From an uncultured bacterium (GTDB taxonomy: Bacteria; Fidelibacterota; Marinisomatia; Marinisomatales; UBA1611): DNA of 64,000 nucleotides. The stretch spans positions 32,001 through 96,000 of the forward strand of contig CALSPG010000001.1 in the NCBI GenBank assembly GCA_943788175.1. The letters are read 5' to 3'. The translations under genes and the position numbers were made by a program. Position 1 is the stretch's first letter. Every line of letters begins with the position of its first letter. Below the pieces are notes generated by a model that ran no database searches, was not told where the DNA came from, and saw nothing but the letters and a program-made list of their open reading frames with translations. Shown here in pieces: positions 10,423 to 20,386 of the stretch.

Positions 10423-10842
10423 ATGGATATTAAAAAAATAGGTATTACTGGCGCAGTCGGCTTTGTCGTAATGGGAATAATTGGTGGCATAACCACTGTA
10501 TTGTTCTATGAAGGTCATATGACCTTATTATCTGAGAAATTTCCTGGAGTGGTACAATTCCCGCCTGATATGGCGCCTGCCATGATTGGAGGCCTTGTTT
10601 ATGTTTTTGTAATGGCTATCATTTATGATAAAATGGGTGTTTTGGGCGTAATTAATGGAGCAATCACTGGAGCATGGTTTGGCGGAACAAAATGGTTCTT
10701 TATGAATATGCAAATGGCAGGCCTGATGCCTAATGTATGGGGTGATATGACTTACATAGTGATTGATGTTTTTATTACTGGAATAATGTACGGTATTTCT
10801 GGAGCCGCAATGGGATGGGCGTTAGAGAAATTTAAAAAATAG
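10423..10842 (+). CDS. Hypothetical 4-TM membrane protein
   Basis: AAGGAG RBS upstream of ATG 10423. Four Gly-rich hydrophobic helices. Confidence 0.75.
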   Translation: MDIKKIGITGAVGFVVMGIIGGITTVLFYEGHMTLLSEKFPGVVQFPPDMAPAMIGGLVYVFVMAIIYDKMGVLGVINGAITGAWFGGTKWFFMNMQMAGLMPNVWGDMTYIVIDVFITGIMYGISGAAMGWALEKFKK

Positions 10843-10937
10843 ACTTTATCTAATAACGATGTCCTCATTGTTACTATTGGGGACCTCGTATGATTAGTTT
10901 TGATTATTATTTATTATTTATTTTGTAACTTAAACTC

Positions 10938-11345
10938 ATGAAGAAGTGTCCATATTGCGCCGAAAATATTAAAATCGAGGCTATTAAATGTCGTTTTTGC
11001 GGGGAATTTTTTGAAGAAGAATTTACGGATAAAGCTGAAAAGCCTAAGGTTGAAATCAAGGAAGTCTACGTAAACGATACTGACACTGCACAGTTAGATG
11101 AAAAGCCAAAAGAAATAAAAAGGCGAAGGCGAAGACTTTTAAGAATAAAAAATATTTTTAGTTTTGATGCGCCTTCATTTCTAATTGTTTCTACCATTAT
11201 TGGAGGTTTCGGCCTTTACCTGGATACATATTCTTCAGAAGAGCTTGAGTGGCTTGCTGTTATGTTACAAATGGTTGGTGGAATGTTGTTCCTTTATGCA
11301 TGCATAACTTTTGGCAAAAAAGATAGGCAAAATATTCTAGACTAA
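10938..11345 (+). CDS. Zinc-ribbon domain membrane protein
   Basis: KKCPYCAE...KCRFCGE double CxxC, then two C-terminal TMs. Confidence 0.8.
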   Translation: MKKCPYCAENIKIEAIKCRFCGEFFEEEFTDKAEKPKVEIKEVYVNDTDTAQLDEKPKEIKRRRRRLLRIKNIFSFDAPSFLIVSTIIGGFGLYLDTYSSEELEWLAVMLQMVGGMLFLYACITFGKKDRQNILD

Positions 11346-11394
11346 TTCAATGCCGCTAAATAAGCAGCATTAATCCAACATTTTAATTCTAAAC

Positions 11395-12510
11395 ATGAAA
11401 ATTTTAAAAATTATGTCTTATATAATTACCGTCCCGTTTACACTAATTTTACTATTTGTAAACCTCAGTCCCCAGTTTGGATCAAATCCAAAAAAACTAG
11501 AAAAGGAATATTATTCCGCTTATAGTAATTACGATGAAGGTGAATTTAAAAATAAAGAAGCAACGGCTCTTTTTACAGATGAAATGAGTTTCTGGGATTT
11601 TTTTAAAACAGAAATAAATAGAGTGCCTATAAAAGAATTGATTCCCCTAGACCTTGATATAAATTCATTTATTTCTAACAATTCAAATGAAATAAAATTG
11701 GTCTGGTTAGGTCACTCCGCTTTTATTATTAATATCAATGGTGTCATTGTCCTGCTCGATCCAATGCTCGGTAATCATGCAGCTCCGGTTCCTTTGCCAT
11801 CGTTAAAACGTTATAGCTCACAATTAGCTTTTGATATTGATGAATTAGAAAAAATTGATTTTGTTATTTACTCACATGACCACTATGACCATTTAGATTA
11901 TCCAACTATAAAGAAAATCAAAGATAAAGTTGGTCTATTTATAGTACCACTAGGCATCGGAAATCATCTAGAGGGATGGGGTGTAAATAAAAACTCTATT
12001 AAAGAACTTAATTGGGATGAATCTTACAAACATAACGAAATTGATTTTGTATGTTTACCTGCTAGACATTTTTCTGGAAGAGGCCCTTTAAATAGGAATA
12101 GTACTCTTTGGAGCTCTTGGGCTATTAAAAGCCCTTTCGGAAAAATATATTTTAGTGGAGATAGTGGGTATGGTTCTCATTTTGAGGAGATAGGATTAAA
12201 CCATGGTCCCTTTGATATCTCCTTAATAGATTGCGGTCAATATAATAAGGCTTGGAAATTTTCACATATGTTTCCGGAACAATCTATTAAAGCTGCAAAA
12301 GATTTAAAAAGTGAATATTTAATTCCAATACACTGGGGTGCCTTTACATTGGCCTCACACAGTTGGGTTGAACCACCTGAAATTGTTTCCAGAGAAGCGG
12401 TAAAGTTGCAGCAGAAATATCTTCTGCCTGAAATAGGGCAAGTACTTAAACTCGGTTCGAATCATAATACAACAAAAAAGTGGTGGAGAGAATTTAGTCA
12501 GGCCAATTAG
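11395..12510 (+). CDS. Metallo-beta-lactamase fold hydrolase (RomA/NAPE-PLD-like)
   Basis: WLGHS, SHDHYDHLD, PARHFSGRG, FSGDSGY, PIHWG; N-terminal anchor. Confidence 0.9.
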   Translation: MKILKIMSYIITVPFTLILLFVNLSPQFGSNPKKLEKEYYSAYSNYDEGEFKNKEATALFTDEMSFWDFFKTEINRVPIKELIPLDLDINSFISNNSNEIKLVWLGHSAFIININGVIVLLDPMLGNHAAPVPLPSLKRYSSQLAFDIDELEKIDFVIYSHDHYDHLDYPTIKKIKDKVGLFIVPLGIGNHLEGWGVNKNSIKELNWDESYKHNEIDFVCLPARHFSGRGPLNRNSTLWSSWAIKSPFGKIYFSGDSGYGSHFEEIGLNHGPFDISLIDCGQYNKAWKFSHMFPEQSIKAAKDLKSEYLIPIHWGAFTLASHSWVEPPEIVSREAVKLQQKYLLPEIGQVLKLGSNHNTTKKWWREFSQAN

Positions 12511-13516
12511 ATATTATGTTTTTTGCAAGCTTTCCTGCCGCCGTTAAATCTGATTCTTGCCATTGACCTAAAACGCTCGCACCTGGAACAACAATTGACC
12601 ATTCTTCTTCTTTATCATTTACTGACCAATTCACATGGCTAACTTTATTCAAATGGCACCAACTCATCCATTTATTTACTTCTAAATCAATTATACTATA
12701 TCCTATAGAGCCCCATTCAGAAATAAATATCGCAATTCCGCTATCTAAAGCAGCTGTTGCTCTTTCTCTAAGCCAATCTTGGTGATATACCGTGTAAAAA
12801 TGTAACGTGTAAGCAATATTTGCGAAGGTAGTAATTGGATCTTGAGCTGCAAGGTCTATTCTTTGCGACCATTCTGGAGACCCCACAATAATTAAGTTGT
12901 CTGGATCGATAGACCTAATTACTTCTATGACTTCTAGAGCATATGGTTTAACTACTTCAGACCAAGAAACATCAAGAGGCTCATTATAAATTTCATAAAT
13001 AATGTTTTCATATTCTCCATAATCCTGTGCCATTTCTTGAAAAAATATTTTTGCTTCTTCAATATGATTTTCAGCATGGTGTGAGTGCCAATCAATTATA
13101 ACATAAATGCCTTCATCTATGGCCGACTCAACTATAGTTCTTATTCTTAGCTTGTTTGCCTGCTGATTCTCCAAATAACCACCTGAATCCTCAACGCCCA
13201 TTGCTGCTCGAACAATTTTCGTATTCCAATCTCTCTTGAGCCACTTAACAGTAGAAGCGTTGTAAAATTTTTCTCCACCCCAGTTATCATTGCTCCAGAA
13301 AAAACTATTGCCGGCGAAACTCACAGGCTTATTATTTTTATTTACTATTTTATTTCCAGACACAGTTAACAAACCATTCAACTTCACAACTGAACTATCT
13401 ATTTCTTCAGGAATAATATTTGAGCTTTGTGTACTATCATTATCACAAGATATGATAAAAATATGAAGAAAGATAAAAGATGAGAGTAGAATAGTTTTAG
13501 TTGATTTATTGCACAT
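12494..13516 (-). CDS. GH5 endoglucanase (cellulase-like), lipoprotein
   Basis: Lipobox IISC; VRAAMGVE, YVIIDWH, YEIYNEP (acid/base), YTLHFY, FISEWG (nucleophile). Confidence 0.92.
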   Translation of the reverse strand: MCNKSTKTILLSSFIFLHIFIISCDNDSTQSSNIIPEEIDSSVVKLNGLLTVSGNKIVNKNNKPVSFAGNSFFWSNDNWGGEKFYNASTVKWLKRDWNTKIVRAAMGVEDSGGYLENQQANKLRIRTIVESAIDEGIYVIIDWHSHHAENHIEEAKIFFQEMAQDYGEYENIIYEIYNEPLDVSWSEVVKPYALEVIEVIRSIDPDNLIIVGSPEWSQRIDLAAQDPITTFANIAYTLHFYTVYHQDWLRERATAALDSGIAIFISEWGSIGYSIIDLEVNKWMSWCHLNKVSHVNWSVNDKEEEWSIVVPGASVLGQWQESDLTAAGKLAKNIISNWPD

Positions 13517-13710
13517 AAAAAAGAATCAGTTCCTTTTCTTAATTGATTTTTTAATTTAAAACATATTTAAAATTATTATTATTTGGATATTATTATCTCA
13601 TCATGGGCTTACACGTAAATTACCAATCAAAATACAATAGATGGTTTCATAAATCTTGTTTTTTATTAACTATCAATATAAAAATCTTAACAAAGGTTTA
13701 GATTTTTATA

Positions 13711-13738
13711 TTGACAATTTATATTCTCATTTAATAAT
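13711..13738 (+). promoter_or_regulatory. Sigma70-type promoter for proteorhodopsin
   Basis: Perfect TTGACA at 13711-13716, 16-nt spacer, AATAAT at 13733-13738. AAGGAG RBS before ATG 13824. Confidence 0.5.
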
Positions 13739-13823
13739 TTAAGAAATTAATTGGGTATTAATGCGTTAAATACCTGATGCGTTTAAGTAGCTTAAGCGTC
13801 AAAACAAGAAAAAAGGAGTAAAA

Positions 13824-14525
13824 ATGATAGCTTCAATAACTTTGTTAGCCGAAAACGATTACGTTGGCATGACTTTTTGGTTAGCCACTGCGATAATGTT
13901 GGCATCTACAGTATTTTTCTTTGTAGAGAGGTCTGATGTTAGTGCAAAATGGAGGACATCGATGACCGTTGCAGGATTAGTAACGGGTTTAGCGTTCTGG
14001 CATTATTTATACATGAGAGAAGCTCACCTGCAAGGCGAAGTAACTACTGTCTTTCGTTATATAGACTGGCTTATTACTGTGCCGCTTCAGATAGTTGAGT
14101 TTTATTTAATTCTTGCGGCTGTTACGGCAGTATCAAGTGTTCTGTTCTGGCGACTATTGGGTGCTTCATTAGTCATGCTCATTTTTGGTTTTCTTGGAGA
14201 AGCAGGTATTATGAATGCCACAATAGGCTTTGTAATTGGAATGGCCGGTTGGATATACATTATCTATGAAATTTTTGCTGGGGAAGCTGCAAAGCTTAGT
14301 GAGAACAGTAAAAATGCAGGTGGTCAATTTGCTTTTAATACCTTGAGATTAATTGTGACAGTTGGTTGGGCAATTTACCCTATTGGTTATTTTCTAGGTT
14401 ATTTATCTGGCGGTGAACCGAATTTTGATACGATAAATATCGTATATAATGTTGCAGATTTAGTAAATAAAACTGCATTTGGTTTGGCTATCTGGGTAGG
14501 TGCAACGATGGATAACTCTAAATAG
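13824..14525 (+). CDS. Proteorhodopsin, DTE proton pump, Gln at the spectral tuning position (blue-absorbing type)
   Basis: RYIDWLITVPLQIVEF contains the R94/D97/T101/Q105/E108 equivalents. His75 equivalent in FWHY. Retinal-binding Lys in ADLVNK. Seven TMs. Confidence 0.96.
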   Translation: MIASITLLAENDYVGMTFWLATAIMLASTVFFFVERSDVSAKWRTSMTVAGLVTGLAFWHYLYMREAHLQGEVTTVFRYIDWLITVPLQIVEFYLILAAVTAVSSVLFWRLLGASLVMLIFGFLGEAGIMNATIGFVIGMAGWIYIIYEIFAGEAAKLSENSKNAGGQFAFNTLRLIVTVGWAIYPIGYFLGYLSGGEPNFDTINIVYNVADLVNKTAFGLAIWVGATMDNSK

Positions 14526-14540
14526 TACAAACGTTCGTTA

Positions 14541-14576
14541 AAAAGTCAGGCAGCTTTGTTAAACTGCCTGACTTTT
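14541..14576. terminator. Bidirectional intrinsic terminator
   Basis: Perfect 13-bp stem AAAAGTCAGGCAG / CTGCCTGACTTTT between convergent genes. Confidence 0.85.
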
Positions 14577-14592
14577 AATTTAAAGTTGTAGT

Positions 14593-15222
14593 TCAATTAT
14601 ATCTTATGTTATCCACAATCTTTACTTGATCTGAAATTTTAGTGCTCAAATCTAATTTCTTTAAATTTGAGTGATTATGCACAAGTAATAGTTCTCTCTT
14701 CAAAACTTCGTATTTACTTCGCCCCAAGTCTTCTAAAGCTAAATAATTAAGGCTAAGTGAGTGCATCACTTGGTTGTATTTTTCAAAGAGAAAAGTTGAA
14801 TTGAAATTCAGCTTGTCTGTTTCAAAGCTTTTATAATCTAAGTCGATTATCTCCGTTTCAAAACCAGCACCATAACCATAGTTTAATTTTATTAAAAAAT
14901 ATTCAATATTGATCTTTCCAAATGGGATGGTAATATCTTTATCTTGATGGTCAATATCATCGAGATTAGATCTGAAAAATGTGTATCCATCATCATAATA
15001 ATTATCATTTTCAAAAGATGAAACTTGTAATTCTAAACTTTCATCTATAATTGGCAAAATATTTCGATAAATATTTTTAGTAGTATTGATTTTTTGTTTC
15101 TCGATGTCATTTAATAAACTGATTTGAGGTACTGAAGTTTTTTGTAATTTAGATATTTCACTTGAAGAAAGTTTTTCTAAAACTACTTCAATCAAATTGC
15201 CTCTTATTTGTATGTTTACCAT
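14593..15222 (-). CDS. Hypothetical protein
   Basis: Long ORF with no recognisable motif. ATG 15222 preferred because the longer start abuts the divergent kynU start. Confidence 0.6.
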   Translation of the reverse strand: MVNIQIRGNLIEVVLEKLSSSEISKLQKTSVPQISLLNDIEKQKINTTKNIYRNILPIIDESLELQVSSFENDNYYDDGYTFFRSNLDDIDHQDKDITIPFGKINIEYFLIKLNYGYGAGFETEIIDLDYKSFETDKLNFNSTFLFEKYNQVMHSLSLNYLALEDLGRSKYEVLKRELLLVHNHSNLKKLDLSTKISDQVKIVDNIRYN

Positions 15223-15270
15223 ATAAAGAATTAAACTATATTTAACTAAAATTTTCAAATAATTTAATAT

Positions 15271-16545
15271 ATGTCCATAAGTTTTAACGAAATAAAAAAG
15301 CTAGATCAATCTGATCCAATTTCAAATTTCAGAAATGAGTTTCATTTCCAAAAAAAAGATCTTTTATACCTAGATGGAAACTCTCTTGGGCGTTTGCCAA
15401 AAAAAACAATTCATGATTTAAATTCATTTATTACAGAAGAGTGGGGCAATCAATTAGTTGAAGGTTGGGAAAACTGGATAAATGAAGCTCAAGTTAGCGG
15501 TGATTTATTAGCAGAAAATGTTCTAGGTGCGAATTCAGGTGAGGTTTTAGTGTGTGATACAACTTCCGTCAATTTTTTTCAAATTTGCTTAGCTGTAGTG
15601 AAAGCAGCTTCAAATCGTAAAACTATTATAACTGATGCTGCTAATTTTCCAACAGATAGATATATATTAGAAGGTATCGCAAAAGATTTTGGTTTAAAAC
15701 TTATTATTATTGATAATGAAAAAACTGACGTTGATGAATATGAGCGTATTACGCCTACTATATTAAAACCTCATCTTAATGAAGATGTCGCACTAGTAAC
15801 TTTTCAAGTATTACAGTATAGGTCTGGTGCTCTTAACCCTGTGAAAGAAATTACAGAATTAGTAAGAGAATATGGTGCTTTGACTGTTTGGGATGCTAGT
15901 CACGCTGCCGGCTCAGTTCATCTTGAATTCTCAAAAAATGAAATTGATTTAGCCGTGGGATGTACATATAAATATCTATCATCTGGCCCTGGGTCGCCTG
16001 CGTATTTATATGTTAAAAAAAATCTTCAAGAAAAGCTCCAAGTTCCAATTCAAGGATGGTTTGCTCAGAAAGACCAGTTTGAAATGGGACCTAACTTTAT
16101 CAAAAGCCCCGATATTCGAGGCTTTCAAATTGCAAGTCCCTCGATACTGGGAATAAGATGCGTGAACGTAGCAATTGATATGATAAATAGAGCTGGAATG
16201 AAAAATGTAGTTCTAAAGGCTCAAGAAGGTACTGAAGTCATGATTAAACTATATGATACATATCTAAAGAATTTAGGCTTTAGACTAATGACTCCAAGAG
16301 ATAAAACTAAAAGGGGAGGTCACCTCTCTCTTATGCATGATAAAGCTAGAAACATTAGTATCGCTTTACGTAAATATGAAAATGTCATTGTCGATTACAG
16401 GAAACCTAACCAGATAAGGATCGCTATCTCTCCCTTAGCGATGAGCTATTCTGAGGTATATTTTGGTATGATGAAAATTAAGGAACTAACTGAAAGAAAA
16501 TCTTACGAAAAAATAAAAGATTTTGATGGAAAAAAAATATACTAA
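15271..16545 (+). CDS. kynU: Kynureninase
   Basis: YLDGNSLG, NFPTDRY, WDASHAAG, VGCTYKYLSSGPG (PLP Lys), QGWF, RGGH. Confidence 0.93.
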   Translation: MSISFNEIKKLDQSDPISNFRNEFHFQKKDLLYLDGNSLGRLPKKTIHDLNSFITEEWGNQLVEGWENWINEAQVSGDLLAENVLGANSGEVLVCDTTSVNFFQICLAVVKAASNRKTIITDAANFPTDRYILEGIAKDFGLKLIIIDNEKTDVDEYERITPTILKPHLNEDVALVTFQVLQYRSGALNPVKEITELVREYGALTVWDASHAAGSVHLEFSKNEIDLAVGCTYKYLSSGPGSPAYLYVKKNLQEKLQVPIQGWFAQKDQFEMGPNFIKSPDIRGFQIASPSILGIRCVNVAIDMINRAGMKNVVLKAQEGTEVMIKLYDTYLKNLGFRLMTPRDKTKRGGHLSLMHDKARNISIALRKYENVIVDYRKPNQIRIAISPLAMSYSEVYFGMMKIKELTERKSYEKIKDFDGKKIY

Positions 16546-16646
16546 ATCTGAAATAAGTAGATTATGTAACCTATCAGTAAGCCGCCGATGATTGCAATTA
16601 ATCTAAATAATGAAGGATTATCTTCAATTAAATCGTTTATGTCCAT
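16542..16646 (-). CDS. Small single-TM protein (34 aa), missing from the ORF track
   Basis: MDINDLIEDNPSLFRLIAIIGGLLIGYIIYLFQI*. Its stop overlaps the kynU stop. Confidence 0.5.
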   Translation of the reverse strand: MDINDLIEDNPSLFRLIAIIGGLLIGYIIYLFQI

Positions 16647-16700
16647 AGTATAATTTATGGGAACAATTACTATTCAATCAACATAACATTAGGGTCATTT

Positions 16701-17126
16701 ATGTTTAATTTAAATTTCCTTATCGATATTCATTTTTTATCAACTTCAATTATGGTGGGTGTGATATGGGTTATTCAGATTTTGCATTATCCTTCGTTTC
16801 ATTTCATTCAAAAGTCTGATTATCCAAAATTTCAACAATTTCATATGAGTCGAATTTCCCTTATCGTCATTCCTGCGATGATAATTGAATTTATTACGGG
16901 CATCATGATGCTCCAATTTGGATTTAGTTCAAACTTTTTATTTATTTCTTCATTATTTATATTGTTAATTATCTGGGGAATAACTTTAGTTTTTTTCACA
17001 AAAATGCACCAAGGTCTAACTAGTGGCTATAATGAAATAATTGTAAATAGGTTAATTTCAATAAATTGGTCCAGAACTCTATTATGGTCTCTAAGACTTC
17101 TTGTTTTATGTTATATCCGATTATAA
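16701..17126 (+). CDS. Conserved hypothetical membrane protein
   Basis: MVGVIWVIQILHYP, FQQFH, NWSRTLLW; 3-4 TMs. Confidence 0.75.
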   Translation: MFNLNFLIDIHFLSTSIMVGVIWVIQILHYPSFHFIQKSDYPKFQQFHMSRISLIVIPAMIIEFITGIMMLQFGFSSNFLFISSLFILLIIWGITLVFFTKMHQGLTSGYNEIIVNRLISINWSRTLLWSLRLLVLCYIRL

Positions 17127-17256
17127 AAAGATAGTTACCTCAAATTGATTAAAAATTCTTGATAAATAGTCTATTTGTTATATCTATTGTGTAAAAGTAT
17201 AGGATGCTAATTTTATAAACTATCATTTAATGTTTAAGATGAAAAAAGGAGTCTTC

Positions 17257-17592
17257 ATGAACAATTATAAAAATTGGACAGAATTAGAGTTTAAAGCATA
17301 TTTATGTTTATACGCGGCTGACTCAAATTTTGAATACAATGCTGATGAAAGAAAATTGATAGAATCAAAATTTGATGCAAAAACAATTGAAAAGGTTAAA
17401 TCAGAATCTGATAATCTGAATGATCATCAACGATCATCAATTATTAATCAATATGTTAGTTTAAAGAAATATAACCAAAAACAAATTGATGCGCTGCTTT
17501 CTGAGGTGAAAGAAGTCTACTTAGCTGATGGTAATTTTGACAAATATGAACAATCCATTTTTAAGATGCTTAAAAAAATAATGAAAGCATAA
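17257..17592 (+). CDS. TerB-like domain protein
   Basis: AAGGAG RBS. Duplicated ADxxxxxxE motifs (AADSNFEYNADE, LADGNFDKYE). Confidence 0.65.
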   Translation: MNNYKNWTELEFKAYLCLYAADSNFEYNADERKLIESKFDAKTIEKVKSESDNLNDHQRSSIINQYVSLKKYNQKQIDALLSEVKEVYLADGNFDKYEQSIFKMLKKIMKA

Positions 17593-17601
17593 TAAAAATA
17601 A

Positions 17602-18375
17602 ATGCTTGGAAATGATGAACGCATAACGAGAGATATAGAATATATTATGAGAATTTATAAAAATAAACTTACCAGCCACCCTAGAGGTGATATTTCTAAT
17701 AAAAAAAATAGAGGAATTATTGTTGGAGCAACTGGAGCTACTGGGTCAAAACTTGTTAAATTATTATTGGAAAGTGATAAATGGGAAAAAATAACGACAG
17801 TTAGCCGCAAACCAGTTTTTGAGGGTAATAGTCATAAAAAGCTGAATGAGGTAATTATCAACTCCTTCGACAAACTCGATCAGACATTTAATCACTGGAA
17901 AGGACATGATTCATTTTTTAATTGTATTGGAACAACAAGAAAAATTGCTGGAGGTGCTAAACAATTTGTCGATATCGAATATGGTATATCTCTAAAGTCT
18001 GCTGAGTTAGCAAATAAAGCCGAAATACCTAATGCGTCAGTTATATCTGCAAGTGGTGCTAATCCAGATGGTTTTTCAGTTGATTGGATTCATCCTCTCT
18101 TATACACAAAGACGATAGGCTTGAAAGAAGAGACACTAAGTAGAAAATACAATTTTAATAATGTTTCAATATTTAGACCAGGAATGCTAATAAGATATTA
18201 TGATAAGACTTCATCCTTACAACAATTTTTCAATAATTCTTGTCTAGGGTTGCCTGTTAATTCACTTGCCTCAGCTATGAAACGTGATGCAGAATCAATT
18301 CAAACACAAGCAAGTAAAACTGAACCGATCGTATACATCGGTAATAAATGTATAAAATCTTCGATAACACTTTGA
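17602..18375 (+). CDS. NAD(P)-binding atypical SDR (TIP30/HTATIP2-like)
   Basis: VGATGATG Rossmann motif, FNCIGTTR, Y...K..KE, IFRPG. Confidence 0.85.
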   Translation: MLGNDERITRDIEYIMRIYKNKLTSHPRGDISNKKNRGIIVGATGATGSKLVKLLLESDKWEKITTVSRKPVFEGNSHKKLNEVIINSFDKLDQTFNHWKGHDSFFNCIGTTRKIAGGAKQFVDIEYGISLKSAELANKAEIPNASVISASGANPDGFSVDWIHPLLYTKTIGLKEETLSRKYNFNNVSIFRPGMLIRYYDKTSSLQQFFNNSCLGLPVNSLASAMKRDAESIQTQASKTEPIVYIGNKCIKSSITL

Positions 18376-18529
18376 TAATTTGAACACAAAACTATTGAGG
18401 TATCGTTTTTTGATAAATTAATAAATTAAATTATTTTTTGGTTTTTTAGTATTTTGTCATTTTTTTATGATAAAGAATGGTTTTCAGTAATAATTGTTAT
18501 TAATGTTCTAAACGAAAGAGAAGAGGTTA

Positions 18530-20287
18530 ATGAAATTTTTTTATAATTTATTTGTGTGTTCCTTTGTACTCTTTAACTCATTACTTTCACAAGATGGTAA
18601 TACACCTACAAATTTTCAGGTAGACGCTGCATCAATAGGTGGGGTTCAATTATCATGGGAAACTCCCGAAAATTTTAGACGACAGTGGATTAGCCATTCA
18701 AACCTTCAATATTTTGGAGGAATAGGGGCCGGTAGCACTCCTGCTTTTTATTGTCATAAATTTCCTGATTCTCTTCTAACTGATTACCATGGGATGCTTG
18801 TAAAAGATATCGCTTTTGTTCCCTCAGCAGATTCTGATTCTGCATCTTTTCAACCGCTTGTTTTTGAAACCGATTCGTCTGGTATAATACCTGATATTGT
18901 TGGCCGGACAAATCTAGTTTTAAGCGCTCCAAAAGTATCTTTTTCAGAGAATACTGCTTTTGAAAATGAATGGAATACAATTCAACTAAAAAATCATGTG
19001 CCAGGACAATCCATTGAAAATGATGTAATACCATCAACATATGAAATAGATAGTACCAAAACATTATGGTTTGGTTACTGGCTTTATGATTACGTTAATT
19101 TTCCCGCTGGTGCCGATATCGGACCGGCCAATGAATCTCTGGGTAATGTTATCATTTGGTGTCCCGTAGGCGGTTGTTTTGAGTCTACGCTTAATCTTTC
19201 TGCTCAAGATGGGTCTTCTCTTAATTTTGATTGGCTTTTATCTGTAAGCCTTTTACCTGGTAATAATTCGGAAGATACAAGGGAAGTAATATTGTCAAAT
19301 TCAAATGATAACATGATATCTAACAGTTCTATGAATAACTATAGTATGGAAAATGTTAAAATAGATATTGGACCTATAAAAGATAATATATGGATGGAGC
19401 CAATTAATTTAAATGGAAGAGATATATCTAATTATTTTGTATTTGAAAATGGCGTTGTGGCGGATGTTGTTCAACCAGATTATGTTAATTTTAACACTAC
19501 AACTAGAGAGAGTTCGATGCTCGGTCCGAGAAACCCAGGCGTTTACAGTTATTATGTAAGAGCGCAAACAGCAGATGGGTTATCTGATTCTTCAAATGTA
19601 GTTTCTGTAGAACTTGTGAATACTTTACCCGGGAGTTTTGATATGATTGCTCCTGAAAATGGAATAAATATTTCAGTTACTTCATCAAATATTAATAATC
19701 CAAATATGTTCATTTGGACAAACTCAGTAGATACAGATGGTCAAGAATTAACATACTCCTTTGAGATGTGTTCTGTTTCAGATAATGTTGTCTGTTTTGA
19801 CACATCAATGACTGAAAGAATACTTCAATTAACTAATCAATCTATTATTGAAAATTTAAATTTAACAAATGGCAATCATGACCTTTCGTGGACTGTAGAT
19901 GTATCGGATGGAATTGACATTACTACGATTGGAAGTAATGGCGCAGATAGTATTCGGTATTTAACATTTGCAGTAGACCAACTAGAACTAGATATCATTG
20001 AACTTCCAAATAGGTACAGCTTGAGTCAAAATTATCCAAACCCATTTAATCCCTCTACAACTATCTCTTATCAAGTCGAAAAAAGTGAATTTGTTAGTCT
20101 TTCCATATTTGATTTGAATGGTAATCTGATTAAAAATATTTTGCATCAGCATGTTAAGGCTGGGCCAGGGACTGTGGATTGGGACGGTAAAAATAATTAT
20201 GGACAAAACGTAAGTGGAGGTATTTATCTATATTCACTTGAGTCACCTACTTTTTCAAAAACAAAAAAGATGATTTTATTAAAATAA
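18530..20287 (+). CDS. Secreted protein with FN3-like segments and a C-terminal sorting domain (T9SS type A/FlgD Ig-like)
   Basis: Signal peptide; QNYPNPFNPSTTI...WDGKN...SGGIYLY...KKMILLK. Confidence 0.85.
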   Translation: MKFFYNLFVCSFVLFNSLLSQDGNTPTNFQVDAASIGGVQLSWETPENFRRQWISHSNLQYFGGIGAGSTPAFYCHKFPDSLLTDYHGMLVKDIAFVPSADSDSASFQPLVFETDSSGIIPDIVGRTNLVLSAPKVSFSENTAFENEWNTIQLKNHVPGQSIENDVIPSTYEIDSTKTLWFGYWLYDYVNFPAGADIGPANESLGNVIIWCPVGGCFESTLNLSAQDGSSLNFDWLLSVSLLPGNNSEDTREVILSNSNDNMISNSSMNNYSMENVKIDIGPIKDNIWMEPINLNGRDISNYFVFENGVVADVVQPDYVNFNTTTRESSMLGPRNPGVYSYYVRAQTADGLSDSSNVVSVELVNTLPGSFDMIAPENGINISVTSSNINNPNMFIWTNSVDTDGQELTYSFEMCSVSDNVVCFDTSMTERILQLTNQSIIENLNLTNGNHDLSWTVDVSDGIDITTIGSNGADSIRYLTFAVDQLELDIIELPNRYSLSQNYPNPFNPSTTISYQVEKSEFVSLSIFDLNGNLIKNILHQHVKAGPGTVDWDGKNNYGQNVSGGIYLYSLESPTFSKTKKMILLK

Positions 20288-20386
20288 ACTTTTTAGTTTT
20301 TATCTTTTAAATATCTGAAACCTAGATATTGTTTAGTTTTTATTTTAGTCCACCTTTATTAGATTTATTATGATTATGGAGTATTT

